DNA of 63,839 nucleotides, filler included, from Octopus bimaculoides (Eukaryota): NCBI RefSeq assembly GCF_001194135.2. It is 3 parts of 3 records of this genome, joined end to end, with 100 filler letters (N's around TTAATTAATTAA, not from the genome) between each part and the next. Parts side by side here need not be neighbours in the genome. Positions count along the whole stretch, not along the records: positions 1 to 20,979 come from NC_068981.1; positions 21,080 to 38,632 come from NC_069006.1; 1 more part is not named here. The stretch is one strand, 5' to 3'. Under the pieces are notes generated by a model, which was given only the letters and a program-made list of their open reading frames with translations, had not been told where the DNA came from and searched no databases. Below, in pieces: positions 14,590 through 26,780 of this stretch (the stretch's first letter is position 1; every line of letters begins with the position of its first letter). Both the position numbers and the translations under genes were made by a program.

Positions 14590-15310
14590 CAGGACTGCTA
14601 GAACTATTTCTCTAGAATAAAAATCAACAAGAGGATTTAAAGCATCCAAAAATCGTCTGGCGCTTCTGTAAGGAAATGACGCTGGTGCATTGAAATTAAA
14701 GCCCTTACATGTGCATCATTCCGAAAATACAAAGGCTTTCCAAGGTAGAGCAATATTTAGTTTTCCTCTGATTTGGTATTCAAATAAGAAGGCAAGAGTG
14801 ACTAAAAAACTTTTTTGAAAAGTGGTTTACAAACATTTTTTGTTCAGATATTCCACCAAGCCACCGTGTAAACTTAATGAACTTTCTGATAATGTGAGAG
14901 TAGAATATATTCCAAACAGCACAACCAGTGGATCAAGGTGTGATTACTAATTACTGGGAAGAAATTTCAAACAGCTTATGAAAGCAATTGACAAAGAGGA
15001 TAAATTTACAGTTAGAGACTTTTGAAAGATGTCATGAGATGAAGAGAAACCCTCAACTTTGAATGGTGCTTGGAAAATATATGACCAGATCGTATCCGTA
15101 ACTTTTCAAGATCTTTTACAATAAGAAAGTCTGCATCAAATTCGGAAAGACATTGTGTCACTTGCAGATCGTATAGTGTTTCAAGTTGATGATGTGGTTG
15201 AGTTGCGAGTGTCTCATACAGAATGTACAGGAAGTACATCTAACGAGGAGCTGATGTTGTTAGAAGAGCAAGCTGAGAATTCAGATGAAATCATGGAAAT
15301 TAACCAGCTC
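14590..15310 (+). mobile_element. Tigger/pogo transposase relic
   Basis: GFKASKNRLALL..ND.G..KLKPL.VH.SEN.KAF...WYSNKKA.VT...FEKWF and P.STT..QPVDQGVI. Confidence 0.85.
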
Positions 15311-15548
15311 CACTTAAATTGACTCTTTTACTCTTTTACTTGTTTCAGTCATTTGACTGCGGCCATGCTGGAGCACCACCTTTAGTCAAGTAAATCGACC
15401 CCAGGACTTATTCTTTAGATGCCTAGTACTTATTTTATCGGTCTCTTTTGCCGAACTGCTAAGTTACGGGGACGTAAACACACCACCATCGGTTGTCAAG
15501 CGATGTTGGGGGGACAGACACAGACACACAAACACACANNNNNNNNNN

Positions 15549-15586
<38 letters not shown>

Positions 15587-17729
15587 GACAGGCTTCTTTC
15601 AGTTTCTGTCTACCAAATCCACTCACAAGGCTTTGGTGGGCCCGAGGCTATAGTAGAAGACACTTACCCAAGGTGCCACGCAGTGGGAATGAACCCGGAA
15701 GCATGTGGTTGGTAAGCAAGCTACTTACCACACAGCCACTCCTGCGCAAAGAATATTGCTGAATGATTTTATTTATAAGAAGGTCTGCAAGTTTTTGCCG
15801 CTAACAACTCTAATCAGGAATGTAACATGAAAATTAGAAGATGGGGTTAAATAAACTCAGTTCGTACACTAAGCAGTATGAAAAGAGTTGACTTTGTCTT
15901 TCAAGTAGATGCTGATGATGATGTATGTCACTCATCCTCCCAGTAACTCTCATTCTATCACCATCAACCCTCATTCGGTAGTAAACATCTTTTGTGGTAA
16001 GAATGTACCCTACTACAATGTTACGATTTTTATTTATTTCTTAACGTATTTCTCTTCAAATATTTTATCTTCATATACATATTGTATTGCGTATATTTAG
16101 AAATTGTTATTTCCATACATAAAAGTGATCATGTAGCTTGTATTTAGTTCTTGTGTTTTTCGAGAAGAAAATCTGTCAGAATGCATTTTTACTTTGGAAG
16201 ATAAAAGTCAATAGGAAAATTAATTTCATGTTACAGCATTTCATATTACAGTTTTTGAGGAACTCACTACACCCGCAACATGACGATTCCGGTTTTTTCT
16301 TCTTAAGAATACAGAAAGGGTTGAGAATATCAAACATGCCAAGGGAAGTAAACAATGCTATTCTTGAAGTAAGCAGGAAATTAATTGTTGCTCAAACAGC
16401 ACAGACTGCCAAAGAAGTCAAAAGAGAAATTCAAGCAATTAATAAAACACAGCCAATATACCTACATAGATCTCTTCACAAATATCACATAAGAGTATCA
16501 ACAACAGATAATTAATGAAAATACATAAAAAAAAGATTATAGAAGCAGTAAATATTTGATATGAAAATGAAAAATTTAAAATAAAAAATAAAAAATAATT
16601 TATAATTGAATAATTCAGAGAAAATTAGGTATACAAGAAATGAATATGAAATAAAGCAGACAAGCTGCAGACATAAATAAGATAATATCAAAATACAATA
16701 CAAAGCGTAACAGTAGATAATACAACACATACTCAATAGTCAATAGTCAGGCAGAGTAGTACAGAAGAAATATTGATTGTGAGCAGAAAAATAGATCACG
16801 GTATACATATATAAAGTGATATATAAAGAATACAGAGATATACAATATATTCACTCTATTAATAAATAATACTACAGGAGAGTGTTTAAAGTCAATAGTG
16901 ATGCCGGATCTGAAAAGATTCAAAGAATTAAAAATAAATACAGAAACTAATAATGATAAGAGGAGAAAACATGGATCTAACCATAAATAGGAAAGTGGCA
17001 GATTGTCAGTCAGGATGGTTAACTGGTTGGTAATGCAAAAAATTGCTTCTATGATTCTTGTGATTGCATAAAATGATTCTCGCAGATTTGTTTAGTAAAG
17101 GAAACTTGAATATAATTTCAAATAATCCGGTTGTAGTCAGTTTTCTATTTCCAGCATATTTCCGGATAAGAAAATTGTATTCATTCTTTCACGTTACTGA
17201 AAAGTGTATGTATGGAAATAAAAACGTGTTTTAAATTGCTGATAGTTAGTCCAGTATGAGCTTTTTTTTTAATGCAAGGCGTTTTGACTGTGCTTATATA
17301 TTCTAATTCTTTAGCTAGATCATTGGAAAGTAAAAGATATTCACTAGAATTAGCACAATAGCAATTTGGAATATTATTATTATTATTATTTAGGTTTAAT
17401 TTAGCCGTGTTAGAAGAAGCTATATTTTGGGCTAGATTAAGTTTGGTAGGATAAGAGAGCTTCACAATATTTTTGTTAAAACACGGTAGTATCTATATCT
17501 GAGGTACAAATTTTCCTGACAATTGAGAAGCAATTTAAAATTTTACGAAGGATTATACGAACAAATATGTTTTTTCCCCTGTTTCCGTTCTTTCTGGTAA
17601 TATCTTGTCAGTATACCTACATCTAGTTACGATCACATTATAATACATATAATACAGAGAATGTTCATAAAGATTTGTTCATGAACAGAAATATTAGATA
17701 ACTTAAGTGAAATACGTTTTTTTTACACG

Positions 17730-18150
17730 CTCGGTGTGAAGGAAGGAGCAGTATCCATGGTCTTTACAGGTCCTCCGAGATTGAGGTTAATGCAATCAGT
17801 GTTCGTCTTCAACAACTGAAAATGAACATCTACGGAGAAAGAAATGTTCGGGGAGGAAATTCCTGAAGACAAAACATTTGCAGAAGGACTGGGCATAGTG
17901 GTTAGTGCAAGCCCTGGGGTAGACTAAACAAGGATGATAAGATTTATCAGTCAGTCTTTCTTTTTTGGATGGGGTCTTGGCTGTCTATGTGTCCAGCAAC
18001 AGCACCGTCCCAGATGTCGGAGCAATACTCCACTGACAGCTCCATTTGAGCTTTGTAGAATGTCAATAATTGTTTGAGGATGACATAGTCCTTGTTGGTT
18101 TGAAGCAACTGGAGGCACTTTAGCACTTGGTGTATGCGTATTCAAGATGG
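17730..18150 (-). mobile_element. CR1/Jockey-like LINE 3' remnant
   Basis: QLLTFYKAQMELSVEYCSDIWDGA...DPIQKK resembles the LLxLYKAQIRPxLEYCSHIW motif of LINE ORF2 C-termini. Confidence 0.6.
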
Positions 18151-18717
18151 TGGATTGAGAAGGAAGGAAGTGGTTGATTACAAACTAAGTACTTAATTAT
18201 ACTTTGAGAGATATTAAATTAAGAATTTCATTAGAGTTATTATAATGTTAGTAATGGTCATTCGAGAGCTTGAGAATAGTAGATAATCTAAACCTCTTAA
18301 AAAACGAATAGAGATTTTATCAGTCGATTGTAAGGTATAATTTGTAAAGGTTAAAAAGCATTATCTCTGTACAAGCCCCCTTCAACAAGAAATTGCGCAC
18401 GTGCATTATCGTATGTTTTCGTTTATGTGAGTATGGATATGGAAGGATTATCAGAATGTTTTAAATTGTATATAAACATTTAATAATTTCTATGTGTGTG
18501 TATTTTTTACCATATTTGTTTGTTTCTGGATTTGCTAATGATTATAACTCTAATTATACGTATATAACATTTAAAGAATTCTTACCTGGTTTTATTGGGG
18601 CATCCGGCTATACTCGTTTTGCATTTTTCCACTAAGGAGTAAGCACTCCTTATTTATATTTACAGAGTTCTTCGCAGTTTACTAATTATTTATGTGTGTG
18701 TGTGTGTGTGTGTGTGC

Positions 18718-18815
<98 letters not shown>

Positions 18816-19116
18816 TAAGATTTAATTAGCAATAGTAATAACCATGCGTTCGAATTCAATATACATGTGCTTCACAATAAAACCATAGGCGAGTGCAAAG
18901 CGTAGTATGAAATTAATGGAATGACAAGGGAACAACAATTACGTAACGAACTTCATTAGCTTACTGTTGTTTCAGTATAGCTGATGCAAAAGTTCTCAGC
19001 TCTGAGTGCATTGGATCCTATAGCAGAAACGGTTGTAAGCTAATGGAGCTGATTACGCACTTCCTGTTCCCTTGTCATTTATTTAACTTCAACACACACG
19101 TGTGTGTGTATAGATG

Positions 19117-19159
<43 letters not shown>

Positions 19160-19309
19160 TATGTTCGTGCGGCACATAAGTGCAATCTCTCCATCAAATC
19201 GACGTTGTCTGAATACGTGCACTGCGTGCCACGTGTCAGGTATCAAAGTGATCGCAGAGCAACATGAAATGAAGCGTTTTGCCCAAGAACACAACGCACC
19301 ACCGGTCTA

Positions 19310-20169
19310 CAGTCATGGCCTATGATTTTAGCAAACACCGTTTTTTTACTATTTCGTGTGAATTATCATGTGAATGCTAATGATTTAACATTATTTTAAC
19401 AAGTTATCTGTTATCCAATAAGATTTGAAAGAAAAACTGTCGAAAACCAATAGATATTGCAAATAATCATCAGTTTACGGAATTGGTTATATTTCCTACA
19501 AGTGAAATTCACATTCCTCTTCACGATTTCAAGTTGGAATCGCATGCAAACTAATATTTAATAACAAGAACAGTAAGTAAAGTTACGTATGATGTCATGT
19601 GTCTTTGATGTCACAAAACCTTCAAATTTTATTCTCTTTTATTGCAGGGATGGTATTGCCATAAGAAAAACGTCAGTCAATAATTTCTTTCCGCCAAAAT
19701 AGCCTGACAACACAGGATATTGCTGCTAAAGGAATTGCACCTGAAGTAATTGTGTACAGGATTATAAAAGCTTTCATAGAGACAGGATCCGTGGCAGTAA
19801 AGAAGGCCCCCTGATTGTTAACGTCTGTCCTCTAACTGTCAAGACAGGACTTTGGTGAGAAAATCATCGAGGAATCAAAGTGCTGGCAGTAAACAGCTTA
19901 CTAAAGAGTGGGAATCAGCAGGTGTCAGCGCTTCAGCTCGGACTATTCGATGACGACTTCTTGACAATGGTCTCGCTTCACGGAGTCCTGCAAAGAAACC
20001 ATTTTTGTTCAAGAAAAACGTGAAGGACAGGCTTGCCTTTTGCAGAAAATATAAAAATTGTTCTGGCGAACAATGGGACAATGAAGCACCATTTCTAGTG
20101 AACAATGAAGCACCATTTCATTTGTTTGGGACATTTGTTTGGAAAAGGGCTCGTCAGAAGACGACAAGG
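19310..20169 (+). mobile_element. Tc1-like transposon 5' half, truncated by the Penelope insertion
   Basis: Starts TA|CAGTCATGG. Reads SASARTIR*RLLDNGLASRSPAKKPFL.KKNVKDRLAFCRKY...EAPFHLFG...VRRRQG. Confidence 0.85.
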
Positions 20170-20960
20170 TAATGTGGGTAGTGGTGAGGGGATATCCACG
20201 GAGAATAAAGTGGCGAGCCATGAGTTGAGACTGAGTCTCAAAGTCATGGTCGTCACTGCAGAGCTTGCGAAGACGGAGGAATTGGGAATAGGGAATGGAG
20301 AGCTTGGTGTGTTTATGGTGGGAGGAAGAGAGGCTGAAGTATGAGTATGAGCCTATGTGTTTGTAGTGAATGGAGGTGGTGAGAGTCGAGTGATGAATGC
20401 TGACTGAAATGTTAAGAAAGGAGACAGAAGTGGAGGGCAGAATGGAAAGATTTAACAAAAGGGAGGAAGGAATCTAGATGTTCGCGGAAGAGTGAGGTCG
20501 CACCGATACAGTCGTCAATATAACGGTCGTATAGTTCGGGAGTGGGACCAGTGAAATTTGAGAATATTTGGACCTCAACGTAGCCAATGAACAGGTTCTC
20601 GCATAGTTGGGGCCCATTCTCGCTCCCATGGCCACTCCCGATTTGCTAGTAAAAATCACCAGCGAACGAGAAGTAGTTCAGTGAAAGGACAAGTTCGGCC
20701 AGACGAACGAGTGTGGATCTGTTAGGTTGGGAAGTGGGTCGAAGGTCAAGGAAATGCTGGAGTGCACGCAGCCCCTCGTGGTGAGGGATCACTGTGTAAA
20801 GGCTCTGGATGTCGAGAGTGAAGAGAAGTTTAGAGGGGCCAGGAGGGATGGAAATAGAGTTGAACAAAGGAAGCGCATGGTTGGTATCATGGATGTGAGA
20901 GGGGAGGGAAGCCACTAGGGGGGTGAGGACACGGTCAAGATATCTGGAGATGAGTTCGGT
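20170..20960 (-). mobile_element. Second Penelope-like RT fragment
   Basis: LFTLDIQSLYTVIPH, LAELVLSLNYFSF, GVAMGARMGPNYA and SIPYSQFLRLRKLCS. Truncated by an assembly gap. Confidence 0.9.
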
Positions 20961-21294
20961 GGGGCAGTTGTAAGCAGAGNNNNNNNNNNNNNNNNNNNNN
21001 NNNNNNNNNNNNNNNNNNNNNNNTTAATTAATTAANNNNNNNNNNNNNNNNNNNNNNNNNNNNNNNNNNNNNNNNNNNNTACATTTGATGTAATGTTCAC
21101 ATTGCTTAATTAAATGGAGTCGCATGAAACGATCGTACTGCATTAACTTTGGATTTCCTTGTTGCTTATTTTGGTTTTAATCACCTTACTTTGGAGTTGT
21201 TTGGATAATACCATACTTGATTCTGGTGCCTAAACTTAAGTACCGTTTTCACCTTGAATCTAAATTTTATATATATATTGTTCAAATTTACAGA

Positions 21295-21445
21295 AAACAA
21301 AACACAAACACAGATGAGGGAACAAGAAGCAGGTGTGTTAGTTTGATGCTCTGGAAGAATGGAAAAGTCTTTGACATTTCGAGCCTATGTTCTTCAACAG
21401 AAAGAGTTCAGAGATAAAAGAATGGAGAGAGAATAAAAAATGAAT
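21295..21445 (-). mobile_element. Penelope pseudo-LTR-like segment with a hammerhead-like core
   Basis: Minus strand reads CTGTTGA-AGAAC-ATAG-GCTC-GAAA at 21377-21400, resembling CUGANGA-helix II-GAAA. Close to the Penelope RT fragment, across a gap. Confidence 0.45.
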
Positions 21446-22288
21446 GTAGGGATTAACGGTTCAACATGATGTTTGTGTATATGTCATGTCTATGTTATGT
21501 CCCTTGCCACTGCTTGGCATTTAGTGTCTCTGTTTATGTCTTTGTAACTAAGCAATTCAGCAAAAGATATCGATACAATAAGTATAAGGTTCTATTCATT
21601 CAACTCAAAATTCTTCAAGACAGTGCCCCAGCATGGCCACAGTCTAATGACCGAAACAAGTAAAAGCCATCTAAGCCATAAACATGTTCAACCCATTTTC
21701 ATAAATGTCTGTGTCCCACTTTCTGCTGAATCCAAGGAACAACAACTGCTTTGCTGATGATGTCTATTGAGGCAGAAATACCTCTCCCCCTATCTTTTCC
21801 TTTATGCTATGTGGTATGTCAATTTCAAAGAGTTCTTGGCTCTTCAGATTATCTCCCCTTTTCAATTGGAGTTGGTTCTATTTGCTGCCCAGGCATTATT
21901 TTTACCCTTACTGGAAGCAAAGACAATTTTGATAATTCAAGAATTTATGTTGTATGGTATTTAGTATATTCTTATCCTTTACTGATGTTCAAATTGACAC
22001 TACTACCTGTTCTGAGTTATGTCCCTTACCTCACTTTTGTTTAAATGATGTGTGTGTGTGTATATATATATACATATTATTTTATTCTTGTTTCAGCCAT
22101 TTGACTGTGGCCATGCTGGAGTACTGCCTTTGGTCGAATGAATCGACCCAGGACTTATTCTTTGTAAGCCTAGTACTTATCCTATCGGCCTCTTTTGCTG
22201 AACCACTAAGTTACGGGGATAAAAACACACCGACGGTAGTTGTCAAGCAATGGTGGGGAGACAAACACAGACGGAAATAAATTCATAC

Positions 22289-22347
<59 letters not shown>

Positions 22348-22567
22348 CATACATACATGACGGGCTTCTTTGTTTCCATTTACCAAATCCACTCACAAGG
22401 CTTTGGTTAGCTCGAGGCTATAGTAGAAGACACTTGTCCAAGGTGCCACACAATGGGGCTGAACCTGGAACCATGTGGTTGGAAAGCAAGCTTCTTACAC
22501 ACACAGGTATAGCAAATGCCGTACAACATAAATTGTTGATTTATTAAAATTATCTCCATCTGTGGAG

Positions 22568-22740
22568 CAGTGGTTCCTAACCTTTTTAATATCCAGACCA
22601 GATCCCAAAACCTGGAGTTTTTAGGGGGAGGAGCAGCAAAAAAAGGAAAACCCAAATCAAAGAAAAATCCATTATTTTTATAGACAGAAGATTGTCGAGG
22701 GACACATGCAGCCCTGGGAGCCACAGTTTGAGAACCGCTG
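22568..22740. mobile_element. hAT (Charlie-type) MITE
   Basis: TIRs CAGTGGTTCCTAAC / GAGAACCGCTG. 8-bp flanks CTGTGGAG / CTCTAGAG match the NTCTAGAN-type target at 6 of 8 positions. Confidence 0.8.
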
Positions 22741-23004
22741 CTCTAGAGGGTATATCGTAATCACTAAATGGCAATTAAGACCAGTTCCACTTGAGAAGGG
22801 GAGATAATTACAAGGTTCAAGAATTCTTCAAAAGTTGTCATTTGAGGAAATGGATAGGATTATTGTCTGAGGACAAGAGGACAGTTATGGACAACTGTTT
22901 TTGCCTCAATTGCTATCATCAGCATACCAGTTGTCCAGAATTACCTCCAGTTAGCAAAAGGCTTACACAAGAGTATGAAACGTTTATTGCCTAGATCGGG
23001 GTTT

Positions 23005-23280
23005 CTCAACCATTTATTATCTATGGACTTCTTTGATTATTATTTTGTTCTGCCCCAAAACCATTCGATGTTTAAAAACTAGTTTTCTAGAAACTTCTTT
23101 GAAAATTCCTGTTTTGTTTCTCACATTAATTTGTGTGGGCTGAACTATGTAAGATGTATTCTCAGCCATTTTTTTTATCTATGGACCCCTTTGATTACGA
23201 CTTTATTCTGGTAGACCCCCATAGCCATTCAATGTTTAAAAACTAGTTTTCTAGAAACTTCTTTGAAAATTCCTGTGACT
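23005..23280. repeat. Tandem duplicated hAT-like end fragments
   Basis: TATCTATGGAC...ATGTTTAAAAACTAGTTTTCTAGAAACTTCTTTGAAAATTCCTGT occurs twice, preceded by GGGGTTTCTCAACC. Confidence 0.6.
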
Positions 23281-25142
23281 GAAACAAGCAAGAGATTAAG
23301 CAATACATACTACCCCACCCCATCTCAGCTTCCAGGCCTTATCTTGTGAGTGCTTGGGACGTTACTAATGTTGGTGCTACATAAAATACCCTCAATACAC
23401 TCTGTAAAGTGGTTGGCATCCAGCCATAGAGACCATGCCAAAACAGACTGCAGCATTTGGTGCAGATCCTCTCAAACCACCCGACCCATGCCAGCAGAGA
23501 GAACATACATTAAACGGTGATGATGAGGAGAAATTAGTACAGGGCAGTAAATTAGATGTGGACACTAAAATGTTCCAAAGCATAATGAAACCAAAAAATG
23601 TGGTCGATGCACTGGCATTGACCACATTCGGATGGTACTTTTTACGTGCCACCGGCACAGAAAGCCAGTCAAGTATTTGATTTTTGAATTTTGATTTTAC
23701 TTTTACTTGACTCAATAGGTCTCCTCAAGCACGGCGCGTCACCTGACGATTCAAAGGTATTCTTTGATGGAACTTCTTTGAAGATGTTTACTCACAGAAT
23801 GGCACTGCTACTACTATTACTACTACTACTACTCTTTTAACTCTTTTACTTGTTTCAGTCATTTGACTGCGGCCATGCTGGAGCACCGCCTTTAGTCGAG
23901 CAAATCGACCCCAGGACTTATTCTTTGGAAGCCTAGTACTTGTTCTATCGGTGTCTTTTGCCGAACCGCTAAGTTAAGGAGACGTAAACACACCATCAGT
24001 TGTCAAACGATGTTGGGGGGACAAACACAGACATACAAACATATACATATATGACGGGCTTCTTTCACTTTCCGTCTACCAAATCCATTCGTAAGGCTTT
24101 GGTCGGCCCGAGGCTATAGTATAAGACACTTGCCCAAAGTGCCGCTCAGTGGGAATGAACCCGGAACCATGTGGTTGGTAAGCAAGCTACTTACCACACA
24201 GCCACTCCTGTGCCTATACTACTACTACTAATAATAATAATAATAATCCTTTCTACTATAGGCACAAGTCCTGAAGCTTGTGGGGGGAACAGGGGATAGT
24301 CGATTGCATTGACCCCCTGTACTCAGCTGCTACCTGTTTTATTGACCCCACAAAAGATGAAAGGTAAAGTCAACCTTGATGGAATTTGATCTCAGAATGT
24401 GAAGATGGATGAAATACCACCAAGCATTTCACCCAGGGTGCTCACGATTCTGCTAGCTCCCCACCATAATAATCTTAATATAATTCTGGTTGTCGCTGCA
24501 TTACTCAGCCCATCAGTAACGCTTTCATGGGATTAGAGAAGAAAAGGGGGAGACATAAAAAGAAAGAGAGAGAGGATAAGGTACCTTATCCTCTTTTCTC
24601 CTTTCCTCTTTCTTTCTCCTCTCTTTCCCTTCAACTAATCACTTGAAAGCATCTCAATTACATTCCCTCTGCCTTATGTCATGGACGCGTCTCTCTCCCA
24701 CTCTTTTTGTCTTTTTCTCTCTCCCTTTCTTCTTTCTTTTTCTCTAATCGTTGTGAAAGTTACTGATAGGCTAAGTAATGCAGTGACAAGCAAAATTATT
24801 ATAAGATGATGATAATAATAATAATAATAATAATAATGATGGTTCCAAATTTTAGCACAAGGCCAGCAAGTTAGTGGGAGGAGATAAGTCGATTACATCA
24901 ACCTCAGTGTTTTACTAGTACAAGGCCTGAAATTTGTAGTGGGGGCAGGTACTAGTTGATTACATTGACCCCAGTGTTTCACTGGTACTTAATCTATTGA
25001 CCCCAAAAGGATGAAAGGCAAAGTTGACCTCAGCAGAATTGAACTCAAAACATAAGGATGGACGAAATGATGCTAAGCATTTTGCCCAGCATGCTAACGA
25101 TTCTGCCAACTCGCCACTTTCCACAATAATAATAATAATAAT

Positions 25143-25375
25143 AATGAAAGAGAAAAGGTTGATAAATATGGAGACCTGAGAATTGAGATTGCTAAGATGT
25201 GGCAGCTATGAGAGTCAAACATAAAGGTTATCCCTATTGTCATCAGAGCATTGGGTTCAATACCACCCAATCTGAAAACCTTAGAAAAACCCTACAATCT
25301 AGGTGTGTTGCAAATGTCAGCATTACTTGGAATTGCACGCATATTCCGTAAAGTACTGTCAGTCTGAGGTCCTTG
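25143..25375 (+). mobile_element. R4/Dong-like C-terminal (restriction-like endonuclease) fragment
   Basis: EKVDKYGDLRIEIAKMW...VIPIVIRALGSIP...LQMSALLGIARIFRKVLSV*. Confidence 0.75.
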
Positions 25376-25471
25376 TGACTTGACAAACAGTACTGACCCC
25401 CTGGTAGACACCATATCTTCAATCAACAACCTCATGATATTGTATACGATACGGTGTCTTTAATAATAATA

Positions 25472-25930
25472 ATAAGGGGTAGTTTATCCTGTTCAGGCTA
25501 TATTATTAGCATTATCTTGCGATTGAGAATTTAAAAATCACTTCTTTAACTTTCTAAGACATCTCAACGGTTCTAAAAGCAAACTTCATTTGTTTGTTTA
25601 CGTTTGTCGTAATTTGAATTTAACATATGATAGCGTCTCATAAAGCGAGATTTCTATACATCTTAAATTTGCAGAGGAAACTGTAGTGGGGGAGTTTAGC
25701 TCAATCGGTCAGAGCATCGTGACGCGTAATCACGGAGATGTGAGTTTGAGTCCACAGCTAACCACCTACACTTTTTTCTGCAAAATAGGGGTAGTTTATC
25801 CTGTTCAGGCTATATTATTAGCATTATCCTGCGATTGAGAATTTAAAAATCACTTCTTTAACTTTCTAAGACATCTCAACGCTTCTAAAGCAAACTTCGT
25901 TTGTTTGTTTACGTTTATCATAATTTGAAT
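25472..25930 (+). repeat. ~312-bp tandem unit (about 1.5 copies) containing the tRNA-like sequence
   Basis: GGGGTAGTTTATCCTGTTCAGGC... recurs at 25476 and 25788. Both ends abut (AAT)n tracts. Confidence 0.9.
25690..25764 (+). tRNA. tRNA-Thr(CGT)-like sequence, degenerate (pseudogene or repeat-borne)
   Basis: A-box TAGCTCAATCGGTCAGAGC. Anticodon stem CGTGA/TCACG with loop CGCGTAA (anticodon CGT, G in place of U33). B-box-like GTTTGAGTCC, then T6 at 25772-25777. Acceptor and T stems pair imperfectly. Confidence 0.7.
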
Positions 25931-26143
25931 AATAATAATGATAATAATCCTTTCTAGTATAGACCTGAAATTTGGTTGATAAGACCGACCCAGTACACAT
26001 CTGGTACTTAATTTAGGCAAAGTTGACCTCAGTGGAATTTGAACACAGAACATAACTACGGACGAGCTATCGCTAAGCATGTTGTCCAGCGTGCTAAAGA
26101 TTCTGCCAGCCTGGATGGTCATGTCCAGTAATTTCAATGTATG

Positions 26144-26780
26144 AGTGTTTGAAGAAAAGGATAAATAAAAAAAGAAGTAAAAAAAAGGAGTTGTATCTAT
26201 TTGTGATGGGTCCACGAATGTAATTTGAATCCAGGAATGGATTTTGCTAAGAAGTCACAAAGGGGACAACGGTGCTTTTGGTTTTGCCTGGAATTTGAGA
26301 AATGTGTCTGTTGATTGCAAGGACATAATTCTTTCATTGGTCTGATTCTTCAACTCAGATTGTTTTGATGCATCATTATACCACTCAGATCGATCTAGGC
26401 ACTAACTTTACCAAGTTGTTAGACTAAGTAGTAATAGTGGTAGTAGCAGCAGCAGTAGTAGTAGTAGTAGTAGTTGTGATGGTCACTCTCATCAGCTGTG
26501 ATATATAAGTGTTTGAAGGAAAGTGTTTAATAAAAAAGAGGATTAAAAATAAAAGAAGCTGCATCTATTTGTGATGGGTCCATGAATATAATTTGAATCC
26601 AGGAATGGATTTTGCTAAGAAGTCACAAAGGGGACAACGGTGCTTTTGATTTTGCCTGGAATCTGAGAAATGTGTCTGTTGATTTGCAAGGACATAATTC
26701 TTTTATTGGTCTGTTTCTTCAAATAAAACTGTTTGGATGCACCATAACACATCTGACACTTTGCAGATCGATCTAGGCAA
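26144..26780 (-). repeat. Locally duplicated ~260-bp LINE-like 3' fragment ending in a C2H2 zinc-finger codon string
   Basis: Copies at 26144-26401 and 26508-26780 are separated by (GTA)n. Copy 1 reads CPLCDFLAKSIPGFKLHSWTHHK* on the minus strand. Confidence 0.7.

Noticed and set aside
16138-16515. 125-aa plus-strand ORF
   Set aside because: No recognisable motif or convincing splice context; AT-rich composition is compatible with chance.
17181-17465. 94-aa minus-strand ORF with a poly-Asn run
   Set aside because: The Asn run is an (AAT)n microsatellite; there is no homology cue and the start is non-ATG.
21024-21035. TTAATTAATTAA island between N runs (also at 38677-38688)
   Set aside because: An identical 12-mer embedded in gaps twice; almost certainly an assembly or scaffolding linker, not biology.
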